In this document: positions 15,535 to 22,763 of the stretch, one piece after another
Layout: every line of letters begins with the position of its first letter
How positions within the stretch are numbered: the stretch's first letter is position 1
Assembly (NCBI GenBank): GCA_035455605.1
Contig: DATIER010000026.1
Span: 1 to 37,281 of the forward strand
Length of the DNA stretch: 37,281 nucleotides
Reading direction: 5' to 3'
Source: Gaiellaceae bacterium
Lineage (GTDB): Bacteria; Actinomycetota; Thermoleophilia; Gaiellales; Gaiellaceae
Translations under genes and position numbers: made by a program
Notes under the pieces: generated by a model
The model's database searches: none
Told to the model about the DNA's origin: nothing
Seen by the model: only the letters and a program-made list of their open reading frames with translations

Positions 15535-16219
15535 GATCCCGTCGCTCTCGTGGCCCGAGGCGCTGCTGCGGATCGTGATCGCGGCCGCGCTCGGCGGCGC
15601 AGTCGGGATCGAGCGCGAGCTGCGCGAGCACGACGCGGGCTTCCGCACGCACATGCTGGTCGCGATCGGCTCGGCCCTCTTCACGATCGTCTCGGCCTAC
15701 GCGTTCCGCGACTTCCTCACCGGTGGCGGCGCCGTCGTCCGCGCCGACCCGACGCGGATCGCGGCGCAGATCGTGACCGGCATCGGCTTCCTCGGTGCGG
15801 GCGCGATCATCCGCCAGGGGCTGTCGGTGCGCGGCCTGACGACGGCGGCGACCCTGTGGGTCGTCGCGGCGATCGGGATGGCGGCCGGCGCCGGCTACTA
15901 CGGCGGCGCCGTGATCACCACGGCCGTCGTGCTGATCTCGCTGTGGCCGCTGCGGATCCTGGCGCAGAGGGGCACGGCCCGCTTCCGTCCCCAGACCAGC
16001 ATGCTCCTCGTCCAGCTGCCCTCCGGTGCGAGCCCCGGGCCGCTGATCGACGAGGTCGAGCACCTCGGTGCGCGCGTGAAGTCGCTCGAGATCAGCCACG
16101 AGGCCGACCGGCGGACGGTGCTGCTCGACGTGACGATGCCGCCGCGGGTCGACGCGCCGCGGGTGATCGCGCAGGTCGGCGACCTGGACGATGTGCTGGA
16201 GGTCCGCTGGAGCGACTGA
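15521..16219 (+). CDS. MgtC/SapB-family membrane protein with a C-terminal ACT-like domain
   Basis: It contains LLRIVIAAALGGAVGIEREL..., GFRTHMLVAIGSALFTIVS, QIVTGIGFLGAGAIIRQG and VRGLTTAATLWVVAAIGMAAGAGYY. It overlaps rph by 14 nt. Confidence 0.88.
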   Translation: MLLLEIPSLSWPEALLRIVIAAALGGAVGIERELREHDAGFRTHMLVAIGSALFTIVSAYAFRDFLTGGGAVVRADPTRIAAQIVTGIGFLGAGAIIRQGLSVRGLTTAATLWVVAAIGMAAGAGYYGGAVITTAVVLISLWPLRILAQRGTARFRPQTSMLLVQLPSGASPGPLIDEVEHLGARVKSLEISHEADRRTVLLDVTMPPRVDAPRVIAQVGDLDDVLEVRWSD

Positions 16220-16776
16220 GGATCGTCCTCTGCTCGCGTAACGAGAACAAGGCGCGGGAGCTGGCGGCGCTCGGGCTCGAGCTCGAGCTGCTCGGCGCCG
16301 ACGGCTACCCCGAGGAGGGCGAGGAGAGCTACGTCGAGAACGCGCGGGCGAAGGCACGCTACGGCCGCGAGGTCGGAGCGGCCGGCGCGTGGATGCTCGG
16401 CGAGGACTCGGGCCTCGAGGTCGTCGCGCTCGGCGGGGCGCCGGGCGTGCGTTCGGCGCGGTACGGGCCCGAGGGCGCCGGCGCGATCGAGCGCCTGCTG
16501 CGCGAGCTCGAGGGCGTGGCAGACCGCCGCGCGCGCTACGTCTGCGAGCTCGTCCTGCTCGGTCCCGAGGCGCAGGAGCTGCGCGGCTCGGGCGTGCTGA
16601 AGGGCCGCATCGCCGGCGAGGCGCGCGGCTCGGAGGGCTTTGGCTACGACCCGGTCTTCCTGCCCGGCGGCGAGGAGCAGACGGTGGCCGAGCTCGGGAA
16701 CGACTGGAAGGCGGAGAACTCGCACCGAGCGCGGGCCGCCGCCGACCTGCGCGCGTCCCTTTCGGCCCTGTTCTAG
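16216..16776 (+). CDS. rdgB: non-canonical purine NTP pyrophosphatase (RdgB/HAM1 family); start codon uncertain
   Basis: It contains RIVLCSRNENKARELAALG..., EDSGLEVVALGGAPGVRSARY, FGYDPVF and SHRARA. There is no in-frame ATG, GTG or TTG near the conserved N-terminus. The only plausible start is CTG at 16216, which overlaps the mgtC-family stop (CTGA). Confidence 0.8.
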   Translation: MRIVLCSRNENKARELAALGLELELLGADGYPEEGEESYVENARAKARYGREVGAAGAWMLGEDSGLEVVALGGAPGVRSARYGPEGAGAIERLLRELEGVADRRARYVCELVLLGPEAQELRGSGVLKGRIAGEARGSEGFGYDPVFLPGGEEQTVAELGNDWKAENSHRARAAADLRASLSALF

Positions 16777-16787
16777 GGACAGTCCCT
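16775..16787. repeat. AGGGACAGTCCCT palindrome (copy 1 of a recurring AGGGACWGTCCCT motif)
   Basis: It is a 6+1+6 perfect palindrome overlapping the rdgB stop codon. The same motif is seen at 27111-27123, and an extended variant at 16877-16895. Confidence 0.6.
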
Positions 16788-16816
16788 CGGCCGTGGCCGG
16801 AACGGACACGGCCGAG
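16786..16816 (+). terminator. hairpin downstream of rdgB
   Basis: CTCGGCCGTG-(11 nt)-CACGGCCGAG is a perfect 10-bp stem. There is no U-tract. Confidence 0.45.
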
Positions 16817-16876
16817 ACCCGCCGGTCGGCTTCACAGCGGAGCGGAGGCCGCGGCGGGCGTCCGGTTCGGCCAGGT

Positions 16877-16895
16877 CCCGGGGACTGTCCCCGGG
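16877..16895. repeat. CCCGGGGACTGTCCCCGGG, a 19-bp perfect palindrome (extended GGGACWGTCCC motif)
   Basis: It has 9+1+9 perfect dyad symmetry. It ends 1 nt before the stop codon of the convergent yihY-like gene. Confidence 0.6.
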
Positions 16896-16896
16896 C

Positions 16897-17721
16897 CTAG
16901 GCCAGACCGGCCGCTTCCTCGACCTCGGGGCGCCGCCGCCGCTCGGCGAGGTACCAGTTCACCTCGGCCCCGAAGACGATCACGTTCGCCATCACGTACA
17001 TCCAGACGAGCAGCAGCGCCGGCCCGCCGAACGCCTTCAGCGCGACGACGTTACCCGAGTAGCGCACGTAGAGCGGCAGCGCCTGGAAGCTCGCCTCGAG
17101 CACGACCGCGGCGACCACCGCGCCCGGGAGCACGTCCGAGAAGGTGTGCTCCACGTTCGTCAGCAGGTAGTAGACGGCCACGAGGAAGACGAACACCGCG
17201 AGCAGCGAGACCGCGACCGAGAGCCCGTAGGCGACGTAGGCGTTGCCGGCGAGGAAGTTCGCGTAGCGCCTCAGCAGGTCGAGGCCGACCGACCCGACGA
17301 GCAGCCCGACGAACAGCGTCACCAGCGAGAGCAGCATCAGGCCGACCGCCAGCAGCTTGCCGCGCAGGAACGAGCGGTTCGGCTGGCCGTAGACGATGTT
17401 GAACGCCGACTCGAGCACGCTGAAGAGCGAGAGCGACGCCCAGACGAGCGCGGCGCCGCCGATGATCCCGAGCGCGGTCGCGTGCTTCTGGATCTCGCGG
17501 ACCGTGTGGACGATGCTCGAGATCGAGCTGCCGGGGAACGCGTGCTTCAGCTCGGTGACGAGGTAGCTCGACTCGTCGGGCCGGCCGGCCAGCGAGAGCA
17601 GCGAGATCGTCAGGAAGAGCAGCGGCACGAACGAGAGCAGCGCGAAGTAGGCGATCATCGCCGCGAGGTGCGGGCCGCGGTCGGCGAAGAACTTGCCGAG
17701 CGGCTGCGGCAACGGCGGCAT
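16897..17721 (-). CDS. YihY/BrkB-family (virulence factor BrkB / former RNase BN-like) integral membrane protein
   Basis: MPPLPQPLGKFFADRGPHLAAMIAYFALLSFVPLLFL... has about 6 TM segments. It also contains GPALLLVWMYVMANVIVFGAEVNW. ATG at 17721. The rest of ORF 16897-18924 upstream of it is an Arg-rich shadow. Confidence 0.88.
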   Translation of the reverse strand: MPPLPQPLGKFFADRGPHLAAMIAYFALLSFVPLLFLTISLLSLAGRPDESSYLVTELKHAFPGSSISSIVHTVREIQKHATALGIIGGAALVWASLSLFSVLESAFNIVYGQPNRSFLRGKLLAVGLMLLSLVTLFVGLLVGSVGLDLLRRYANFLAGNAYVAYGLSVAVSLLAVFVFLVAVYYLLTNVEHTFSDVLPGAVVAAVVLEASFQALPLYVRYSGNVVALKAFGGPALLLVWMYVMANVIVFGAEVNWYLAERRRRPEVEEAAGLA

Positions 17722-17754
17722 CCGCCGGAGTATGGGCGTGTTAGCGTGACGGAC

Positions 17755-18195
17755 ATGGCGCCGCCCGCCGATGCGCTCGCCCACCTGACCGAGATCTCGA
17801 GCCAGATCGATGCCGCCGTCGTGCTCGACCGCGAGGGCACGGTAGTCGCCGCGACCGTCGACGACGAGCGCGCGGGGCGGATGGCCGGCGCGGCGCTCGA
17901 GCTCTTCCGCCGGGCCGACGAGCAGCGCGAGCAGGAGCTCGTCCAGCTCGACGCGGCGCTCGAGGGCGGGAGCGTCTTCGTCGTGCGCGACGCCGACCGG
18001 CTGATCGCCGCGACCACCCGGTCGGAGCCGACCGTCGGCCTCGTCTTCTACGACCTCAAGAGCTGCCTGCGCAGCCTCGGCGAGGCGCCGGCCGAGAAGC
18101 CGAAGCCCAAGCCGAAGCGCGCGCCCGCGAAGCGTCGCACGACCACGCCGCGGAGCCGCACGACGACGCGGAAGAAGAAGGATGAGAGCGGCTAG
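17755..18195 (+). CDS. Roadblock/LC7 (MglB-like) domain protein with a Lys/Arg/Thr-rich C-terminal tail
   Basis: LAHLTEISSQIDAAVVLDREGTVVAAT...GGSVFVVRDADRLIAATT fits the Roadblock/LC7 fold pattern. The tail is EKPKPKPKRAPAKRRTTTPRSRTTTRKKK. ATG at 17755. Confidence 0.7.
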   Translation: MAPPADALAHLTEISSQIDAAVVLDREGTVVAATVDDERAGRMAGAALELFRRADEQREQELVQLDAALEGGSVFVVRDADRLIAATTRSEPTVGLVFYDLKSCLRSLGEAPAEKPKPKPKRAPAKRRTTTPRSRTTTRKKKDESG

Positions 18196-18385
18196 GGCCC
18201 TGGCCGTCGGGGCCGCGCTCGGCTCGGCGGCGGGAGCGATCTTCCTCCGCCGGCGCTCGCGCAGCCGCGACCGCGTCGCGCTGTACTTCGACGACGGCTC
18301 GCTCGTGACGGTCGCGAAGGGGCAGCCCGAGGGCGAGCGGCTGCTCGCGCCGGCGCGCGAGCTCCTGGCCGCAGCGCGCGGGTGA
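18182..18385 (+). CDS. small hypothetical protein (67 aa) with an N-terminal hydrophobic segment
   Basis: It fills the gap between the Roadblock gene and pyrE. It overlaps them by 14 nt and 4 nt (GTGA). The second half, RVALYFDDGSLVTVAKGQPEGERLL, looks like a folded protein. I recognise no family. Confidence 0.5.
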   Translation: MRAARALAVGAALGSAAGAIFLRRRSRSRDRVALYFDDGSLVTVAKGQPEGERLLAPARELLAAARG

Positions 18386-18930
18386 ACCGCGACGAGCTCG
18401 GCGCCGCGCTGCGCGAGCACGCGTACCTCGAGGGCGACTTCGTGCTGCGCTCGGGCCGCCGCTCGCGCTACTACCTCGACAAGTACCGCTTCGAGACGCG
18501 ACCCGACCTGCTCGGGCCGCTCGGCGGCCTGATCGCGGGGACGGTGCGCGAGCACGAGCCGGACGCGGTGCGCCTCGCCGGGCCGGAGCTGGGTGCGGTC
18601 GCGCTGGTCGCCGCTGCGTCGCTCGAGTCCGGGCTGCCGTTCCTGATCGTGCGCAAGGAGGCGAAGGAGCACGGCACCGCCAACCGGCTCGAAGGCGTGT
18701 TCGAGCGGGGCGAGCGGGTGTGCCTGGTGGAGGACGTGGTCACCTCCGCGGGCGCCGCGCTCGAGGCGGTCGCGGCGCTGCGCGAGGCCGGTCTGCAGGT
18801 CGAGACGGCGATCTGCGTGCTCGACCGGGAGGAAGGCGGCGCGGCGGCCCTGTCGAAGAAAGGCGTGCGCTTGCAGGCGCTTTACACGGCCTCCGAGCTG
18901 GTGGGAAACACCGCAAACCCGCATGGTTGA
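18382..18930 (+). CDS. pyrE: orotate phosphoribosyltransferase
   Basis: It contains LEGDFVLRSGRRSRYYLDKY and the PRPP-binding motif VCLVEDVVTSAGA. Confidence 0.92.
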   Translation: MNRDELGAALREHAYLEGDFVLRSGRRSRYYLDKYRFETRPDLLGPLGGLIAGTVREHEPDAVRLAGPELGAVALVAAASLESGLPFLIVRKEAKEHGTANRLEGVFERGERVCLVEDVVTSAGAALEAVAALREAGLQVETAICVLDREEGGAAALSKKGVRLQALYTASELVGNTANPHG

Positions 18931-18955
18931 GCCGAAAGGCGAACCCTGCTAGGGT
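18927..18955 (+). promoter_or_regulatory. candidate promoter of the HU gene
   Basis: -35 TTGAGC (18927-18932), an exact 17-nt spacer, then -10 TAGGGT (18950-18955). The start codon is about 45 nt downstream and has a GAGGAG Shine-Dalgarno sequence. Confidence 0.5.
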
Positions 18956-19001
18956 CTTGCGCCGTGGTTTCAGCAAGCCAAGCGGGAAGAGAGGAGCGAT
19001 T

Positions 19002-19301
19002 GTGACGAAGCAAGAATTCGTCGACCGGGTGTCACAGAAGGCGAACCTGTCGCGCCGCGACGCGGCCGAGGCAGTCGATGCGGTGCTCGAGTCGATCACC
19101 GACGTCCTGCGCGGCGGCGGCGAGGTCAACTTCACCGGCTTCGGAAAGTTCTCGACCCAGCACCGCAAGGAGCGGCAGGGCGTCAACCCTCGCAACCCGA
19201 GCGAGAAGGTGACGATTCCGGCGGCCACCGTGCCGAAGTTCTCGGCCGGCAGCACGCTGAAGACCGCCGTCAAGGGCGGCGGGGGCGGCGGCGGGTTCTA
19301 G
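19002..19301 (+). CDS. hup: HU-family nucleoid-associated DNA-binding protein with a short poly-Gly tail
   Basis: The sequence reads VTKQEFVDRVSQKANLSRRDAAEAVDAVLESI...NFTGFGKFSTQHRKERQGVNPRNPSEKVTIPAATVPKFSAG. It ends KGGGGGGGF. The GTG is preceded by GAGGAG. Confidence 0.92.
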   Translation: MTKQEFVDRVSQKANLSRRDAAEAVDAVLESITDVLRGGGEVNFTGFGKFSTQHRKERQGVNPRNPSEKVTIPAATVPKFSAGSTLKTAVKGGGGGGGF

Positions 19302-19324
19302 CGCCCGCTGGTCCCGGAGGTTTC

Positions 19325-19351
19325 GTGAGGGCCGCGTGTAGCGGCCCTCAC
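19325..19351 (+). terminator. intrinsic-terminator-like hairpin after the HU gene
   Basis: GTGAGGGCCGC-GTGTA-GCGGCCCTCAC is a perfect 11-bp stem with a 5-nt loop. It is followed by TGTCT. Confidence 0.65.
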
Positions 19352-19398
19352 TGTCTCGCCGGCTCCCGGCCGAGGCTCGCGCTACGGTCCTGTCCGAG

Positions 19399-20316
19399 TT
19401 GGCGGCCGAGCCGGCACTGACGACAGCGCTCTTCCCCGACCGCCTCGCCGACGCGGTCGAGCGGAAGCGCTCCCAGCTTCTCGTCGGGCTCGATCCGCGG
19501 CCCGATCTGCTGCCGGTCGAGCTCGCCGGCGACGCGCACCTCTCCCGCGAGGCCGCGGCCGAGGCGAGCGCCCGCTTCTGCTGCGGAATCGTCGACGCGG
19601 TCGCCCCGCACGCCGTCGGCGTCAAGCCGCAGCTCGCCTTCTTCGAGGCGATGGGCTCGCACGGGCTGCGTGCCCTCGAGGACGTCTGCACCTACGCGCG
19701 CGCGGCCGGCCTGATCGTGCTCGCCGACGCCAAGCGCGGCGACATCGGCTCCACCTCGAGAGCGTACGCGGCCGCCTACCTCGAGCCGCTGGGCGACGAC
19801 CCGCCCCTCGCCGACGCGATGACGGTCAACCCGTACCTCGGCCGCGACTCGCTCGAGCCGTTCCTGCGCGCCTGCCGGCGCCACGGAGCGGGCCTCTTCT
19901 GCCTCGTCAAGACCTCGAACGAGGGCGGCGCCGACGTGCAGGAGCTGGTCCTGACGGACGGCCACCCCGTCTGGCACCACGTGGCGCTGCTCGTCCACGA
20001 GCTCGGCGAGGAGCTCGTCGGCGAGCGCGGCCTCTCCGCGGTCGGCGCGGTCGTCGGCGCGACGCACCCGCGCGCGGTCGGCGAGGCGCGGCGGCTGATG
20101 CCGCAGGCGATCCTGCTGCTCCCCGGCGTCGGCGCGCAGGGCGCGACCCCCGCGGATCTCGCACGCGCCTTCACGAGCGGCCCCGCCAGCGCGCTCGTGA
20201 ACGCCTCGCGCAGCGTCATCTACGCGTTCCGCAGCGGGCGTGAGGACTGGCGCGCCGCCGCCTCAGCCGAGGCGGCGCGGCTGCGGCGCGAGGTCTGGGC
20301 CGTCTCCGGCTGGTAG
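19399..20316 (+). CDS. pyrF: orotidine 5'-phosphate decarboxylase (long, type 2)
   Basis: It contains LLVGLDPRPDLLP and VLADAKRGDIGSTSRAYAAAYL, and has the long actinobacterial-type architecture. TTG start at 19399. Confidence 0.9.
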   Translation: MAAEPALTTALFPDRLADAVERKRSQLLVGLDPRPDLLPVELAGDAHLSREAAAEASARFCCGIVDAVAPHAVGVKPQLAFFEAMGSHGLRALEDVCTYARAAGLIVLADAKRGDIGSTSRAYAAAYLEPLGDDPPLADAMTVNPYLGRDSLEPFLRACRRHGAGLFCLVKTSNEGGADVQELVLTDGHPVWHHVALLVHELGEELVGERGLSAVGAVVGATHPRAVGEARRLMPQAILLLPGVGAQGATPADLARAFTSGPASALVNASRSVIYAFRSGREDWRAAASAEAARLRREVWAVSGW

Positions 20317-20318
20317 CC

Positions 20319-20651
20319 GTGGAGCGCGGCTGGCGGACGTACGGCAAGCGCTTCGCCGCTCCGGCGGCCTTCTTGCTCGCCGCGACCGTGGCCGTGCTGC
20401 TCGTTCGGTCCGGTCTCGAGGGCACGCGCGCCGCCGAGACGACGACCGTGCGCACGCGAACCGTCGTGAACACGCCCGCGGCGACGACGACCGCCGCGCG
20501 CAAGCGCAGGCGCTACTACCGGCTGAAGGCGGGCGAGACGCTCAGCGACGTCGCGATCAGGTTCCAGACGAGCGTCGAGCGGCTGCTCGCGCTCAACCCG
20601 GGGATCCAGCCGACCAACCTCACGGTGGGCGAGCGCGTCCGCGTGAAATAA
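20319..20651 (+). CDS. membrane-anchored LysM peptidoglycan-binding domain protein
   Basis: An N-terminal TM segment (AAPAAFLLAATVAVLLV) is followed by the C-terminal LysM YYRLKAGETLSDVAIRFQTSVERLLALNPGIQPTNLTVGERVRV. Confidence 0.85.
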   Translation: MERGWRTYGKRFAAPAAFLLAATVAVLLVRSGLEGTRAAETTTVRTRTVVNTPAATTTAARKRRRYYRLKAGETLSDVAIRFQTSVERLLALNPGIQPTNLTVGERVRVK

Positions 20652-20662
20652 CATCGCCCCGC

Positions 20663-21778
20663 TTGAAGGGCCTCATCGTCGCCGCCGCGGCCCTCGCGCT
20701 CGCGGCTCCCGTGCTCGCAGCGCCGCCGAAGGTGACGGCGCATGCCTTCGTGGTCGAGAACGGCGCGACGGGCGAGGTGCTCGCGTCGAGCAACGCGCAG
20801 GCGCGCGTCCCGATCGCGAGCATCACGAAGCTGATGACGGTGCTGCTGACGCTCGAGCGCACGAAGCCGTCCGACGTCGTCACCGTCGCCCGCGACGCGG
20901 CCGACGTCGGCGAGTCGACGGTGAACCTGCGCGCCGGCGAGCGCCTGACCGTGCACGACCTGCTCGAGGCGGCGCTCGTCCAGAGCGCGAACGACGCCGC
21001 CGACGCGCTCGCCGACTACGTCGGTCACGGCAGCGAGCAGCGCTTCGTCGCGCTGATGAACCAGCGCGCGCGCCAGCTCGGCCTGCGCCAGACGCACTAC
21101 GTCCGGCCCGACGGGCTCGACGCTCCCGGCCACGTCTCGAGCGCGCACGACGTGACGCTGCTCGCGCGGATGCTGATGCACCGGCCGCTGGTGCGGCAGA
21201 TCGTGCGGCAGCGCACCGCCTCGATCGCCGGCGGCCGGACGCTGCACACCTGGAACGACCTGCTCTCGAGCTACCCCGGCGTCTTCGGCGTCAAGACGGG
21301 CCACACCTCCGCAGCCGGCTGGTCGCAGGTCGCCGCGGCGCGGCGGGGGCCGCTGACGATCTACGCCACCCTGCTCGGCAGCCCCGACCGCTCCGAGCGG
21401 AACGCCGACCTGGCGAAGCTGCTCGACTGGGGCTTCTCGCGCTACGCGCCGGCGCAGGTCGCCGTGCAAGGGCGCGCCTACGGACGCGCCGAGCTCGGCT
21501 ACGGGCGGAAGCCGGTCGCGCTCGTCGCCGCAGCGTCGCTGCGGCCGTGGCTGCGGGTCGACTTCCCGGTCGTCCGCCACGTGGTCGCCGCGCGCACGGC
21601 GCGCCTGCCGGTGACGAAGGGCGAGCGCCTCGGCGAGGTGCGCGCCTACCAGCGCGGCCGCCTCGTCGGCACGGTCCCGCTCGTGGCCGAGCGCTCGGTC
21701 GCGCGGCCGGGGCTCGCCGGGCGCGTGCGGTGGTACGCGACGCGTACCCTGGAGCACGTGGGCGGGTGGTTCTCCTGA
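20663..21778 (+). CDS. D-alanyl-D-alanine carboxypeptidase (S11, PBP5/6-like)
   Basis: It has a signal peptide and the motifs SITK (SxxK), SAN (SxN) and KTGHT (KTG). A PBP5 C-terminal-like domain follows. TTG start at 20663. Confidence 0.88.
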   Translation: MKGLIVAAAALALAAPVLAAPPKVTAHAFVVENGATGEVLASSNAQARVPIASITKLMTVLLTLERTKPSDVVTVARDAADVGESTVNLRAGERLTVHDLLEAALVQSANDAADALADYVGHGSEQRFVALMNQRARQLGLRQTHYVRPDGLDAPGHVSSAHDVTLLARMLMHRPLVRQIVRQRTASIAGGRTLHTWNDLLSSYPGVFGVKTGHTSAAGWSQVAAARRGPLTIYATLLGSPDRSERNADLAKLLDWGFSRYAPAQVAVQGRAYGRAELGYGRKPVALVAAASLRPWLRVDFPVVRHVVAARTARLPVTKGERLGEVRAYQRGRLVGTVPLVAERSVARPGLAGRVRWYATRTLEHVGGWFS

Positions 21779-21780
21779 TC

Positions 21781-22728
21781 GTGACCGTGACCATGAACGC
21801 GGCGATCGACCGCACGCTCACCGTCCCGAACTTCCAGCGCGGCCAGCGCCACCGCGCGAGCGCCGGGCTCACGCTCGCCGGCGGCAAGGGGATCAACATC
21901 GCGCGCGCGCTGAAGCGGCTCGGCGTGCCGGTCGTCGCGACCGGCCTCGCGGGCGGGCGCACCGGCACGCGCATCGTCGAGGAGCTGACCTCCGAGGCGA
22001 TCCTGAACGACTTCGTCCGCATCGACGACGAGTCGCGCACCTCGACCGCGATCGTCGACCCGACGGGCGGCAGCTACACCGAGGTGAACGAGTGGGGGCC
22101 GCACGTCTCGGGCGAGGAGCTGGAGATGCTGCTCGAGAAGCTGGTCTACCTCTCGCAGGGCGCCGACTACGTCGTCTTCGCCGGCTCGCTGCCGCGCGGG
22201 ATCGAGGACGACTTCTACGCCGAGGCCGTCCGCGAGCTGAACCGCCGCGGCGCACAGACGGTGCTCGACTCGGAAGGCGAGCCGCTCCGCCTCGGCGTCC
22301 AGGCCGAGCCGCTGCTCGTCTCGCCGAACGAGCGCGAGGCCGAGGCGCTCGTCGGGCAGGAATTCAACGACGACGACGACTTCCTGACGGGGCTCGAGAC
22401 GATCGCCGAGCTCGGCGCGCGCAACGTCCTGATCACGCGCGAGTCCGGCTGCTGGGCGCTGCTGCGCTCGGACCGGCACGCGAGCCGCTACCGCGCCGAG
22501 GCGCCGCGCGTCGAGCCCGTCTCCGCCGTCGGCTCGGGCGACGTGCTGCTCGCGGCCTTCGTCGCCGCCCGCCTCGACGGCCGCTCCGACGAGGAGGCGC
22601 TGCGGGCGGCCGTGGCCGCCGGCGCGGCGTCGACGTTCGAGATTGGCGCGGGCCGCTTCGAGCCGCGGGAGGCCGGGCGCCTCGTCGGCTCGATCGAGGT
22701 CTCGCAACTCGAGCCCGTCGCGGACTAA
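21781..22728 (+). CDS. PfkB-family sugar-phosphate kinase (1-phosphofructokinase / tagatose-6-phosphate kinase-like)
   Basis: It contains (V)[36 protein letters not shown] and [14 protein letters not shown]. The start is either GTG at 21781 or ATG at 21793. Confidence 0.85.
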   Translation: MTVTMNAAIDRTLTVPNFQRGQRHRASAGLTLAGGKGINIARALKRLGVPVVATGLAGGRTGTRIVEELTSEAILNDFVRIDDESRTSTAIVDPTGGSYTEVNEWGPHVSGEELEMLLEKLVYLSQGADYVVFAGSLPRGIEDDFYAEAVRELNRRGAQTVLDSEGEPLRLGVQAEPLLVSPNEREAEALVGQEFNDDDDFLTGLETIAELGARNVLITRESGCWALLRSDRHASRYRAEAPRVEPVSAVGSGDVLLAAFVAARLDGRSDEEALRAAVAAGAASTFEIGAGRFEPREAGRLVGSIEVSQLEPVAD

Positions 22729-22763
22729 AGGGCTTTCCGGGACGCGCCGATATCTGGCTGGCG

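Noticed and set aside
16860-16875. A tRNA-like GGTTCG T-loop motif (tccGGTTCGgcc). A similar cGGTTCGcc occurs at 27125-27133.
   Set aside because: There is no flanking 5-bp T-stem complementarity. No acceptor, D or anticodon arms could be drawn around either site. The intergenic regions are also too short and lack the terminal acceptor pairing.
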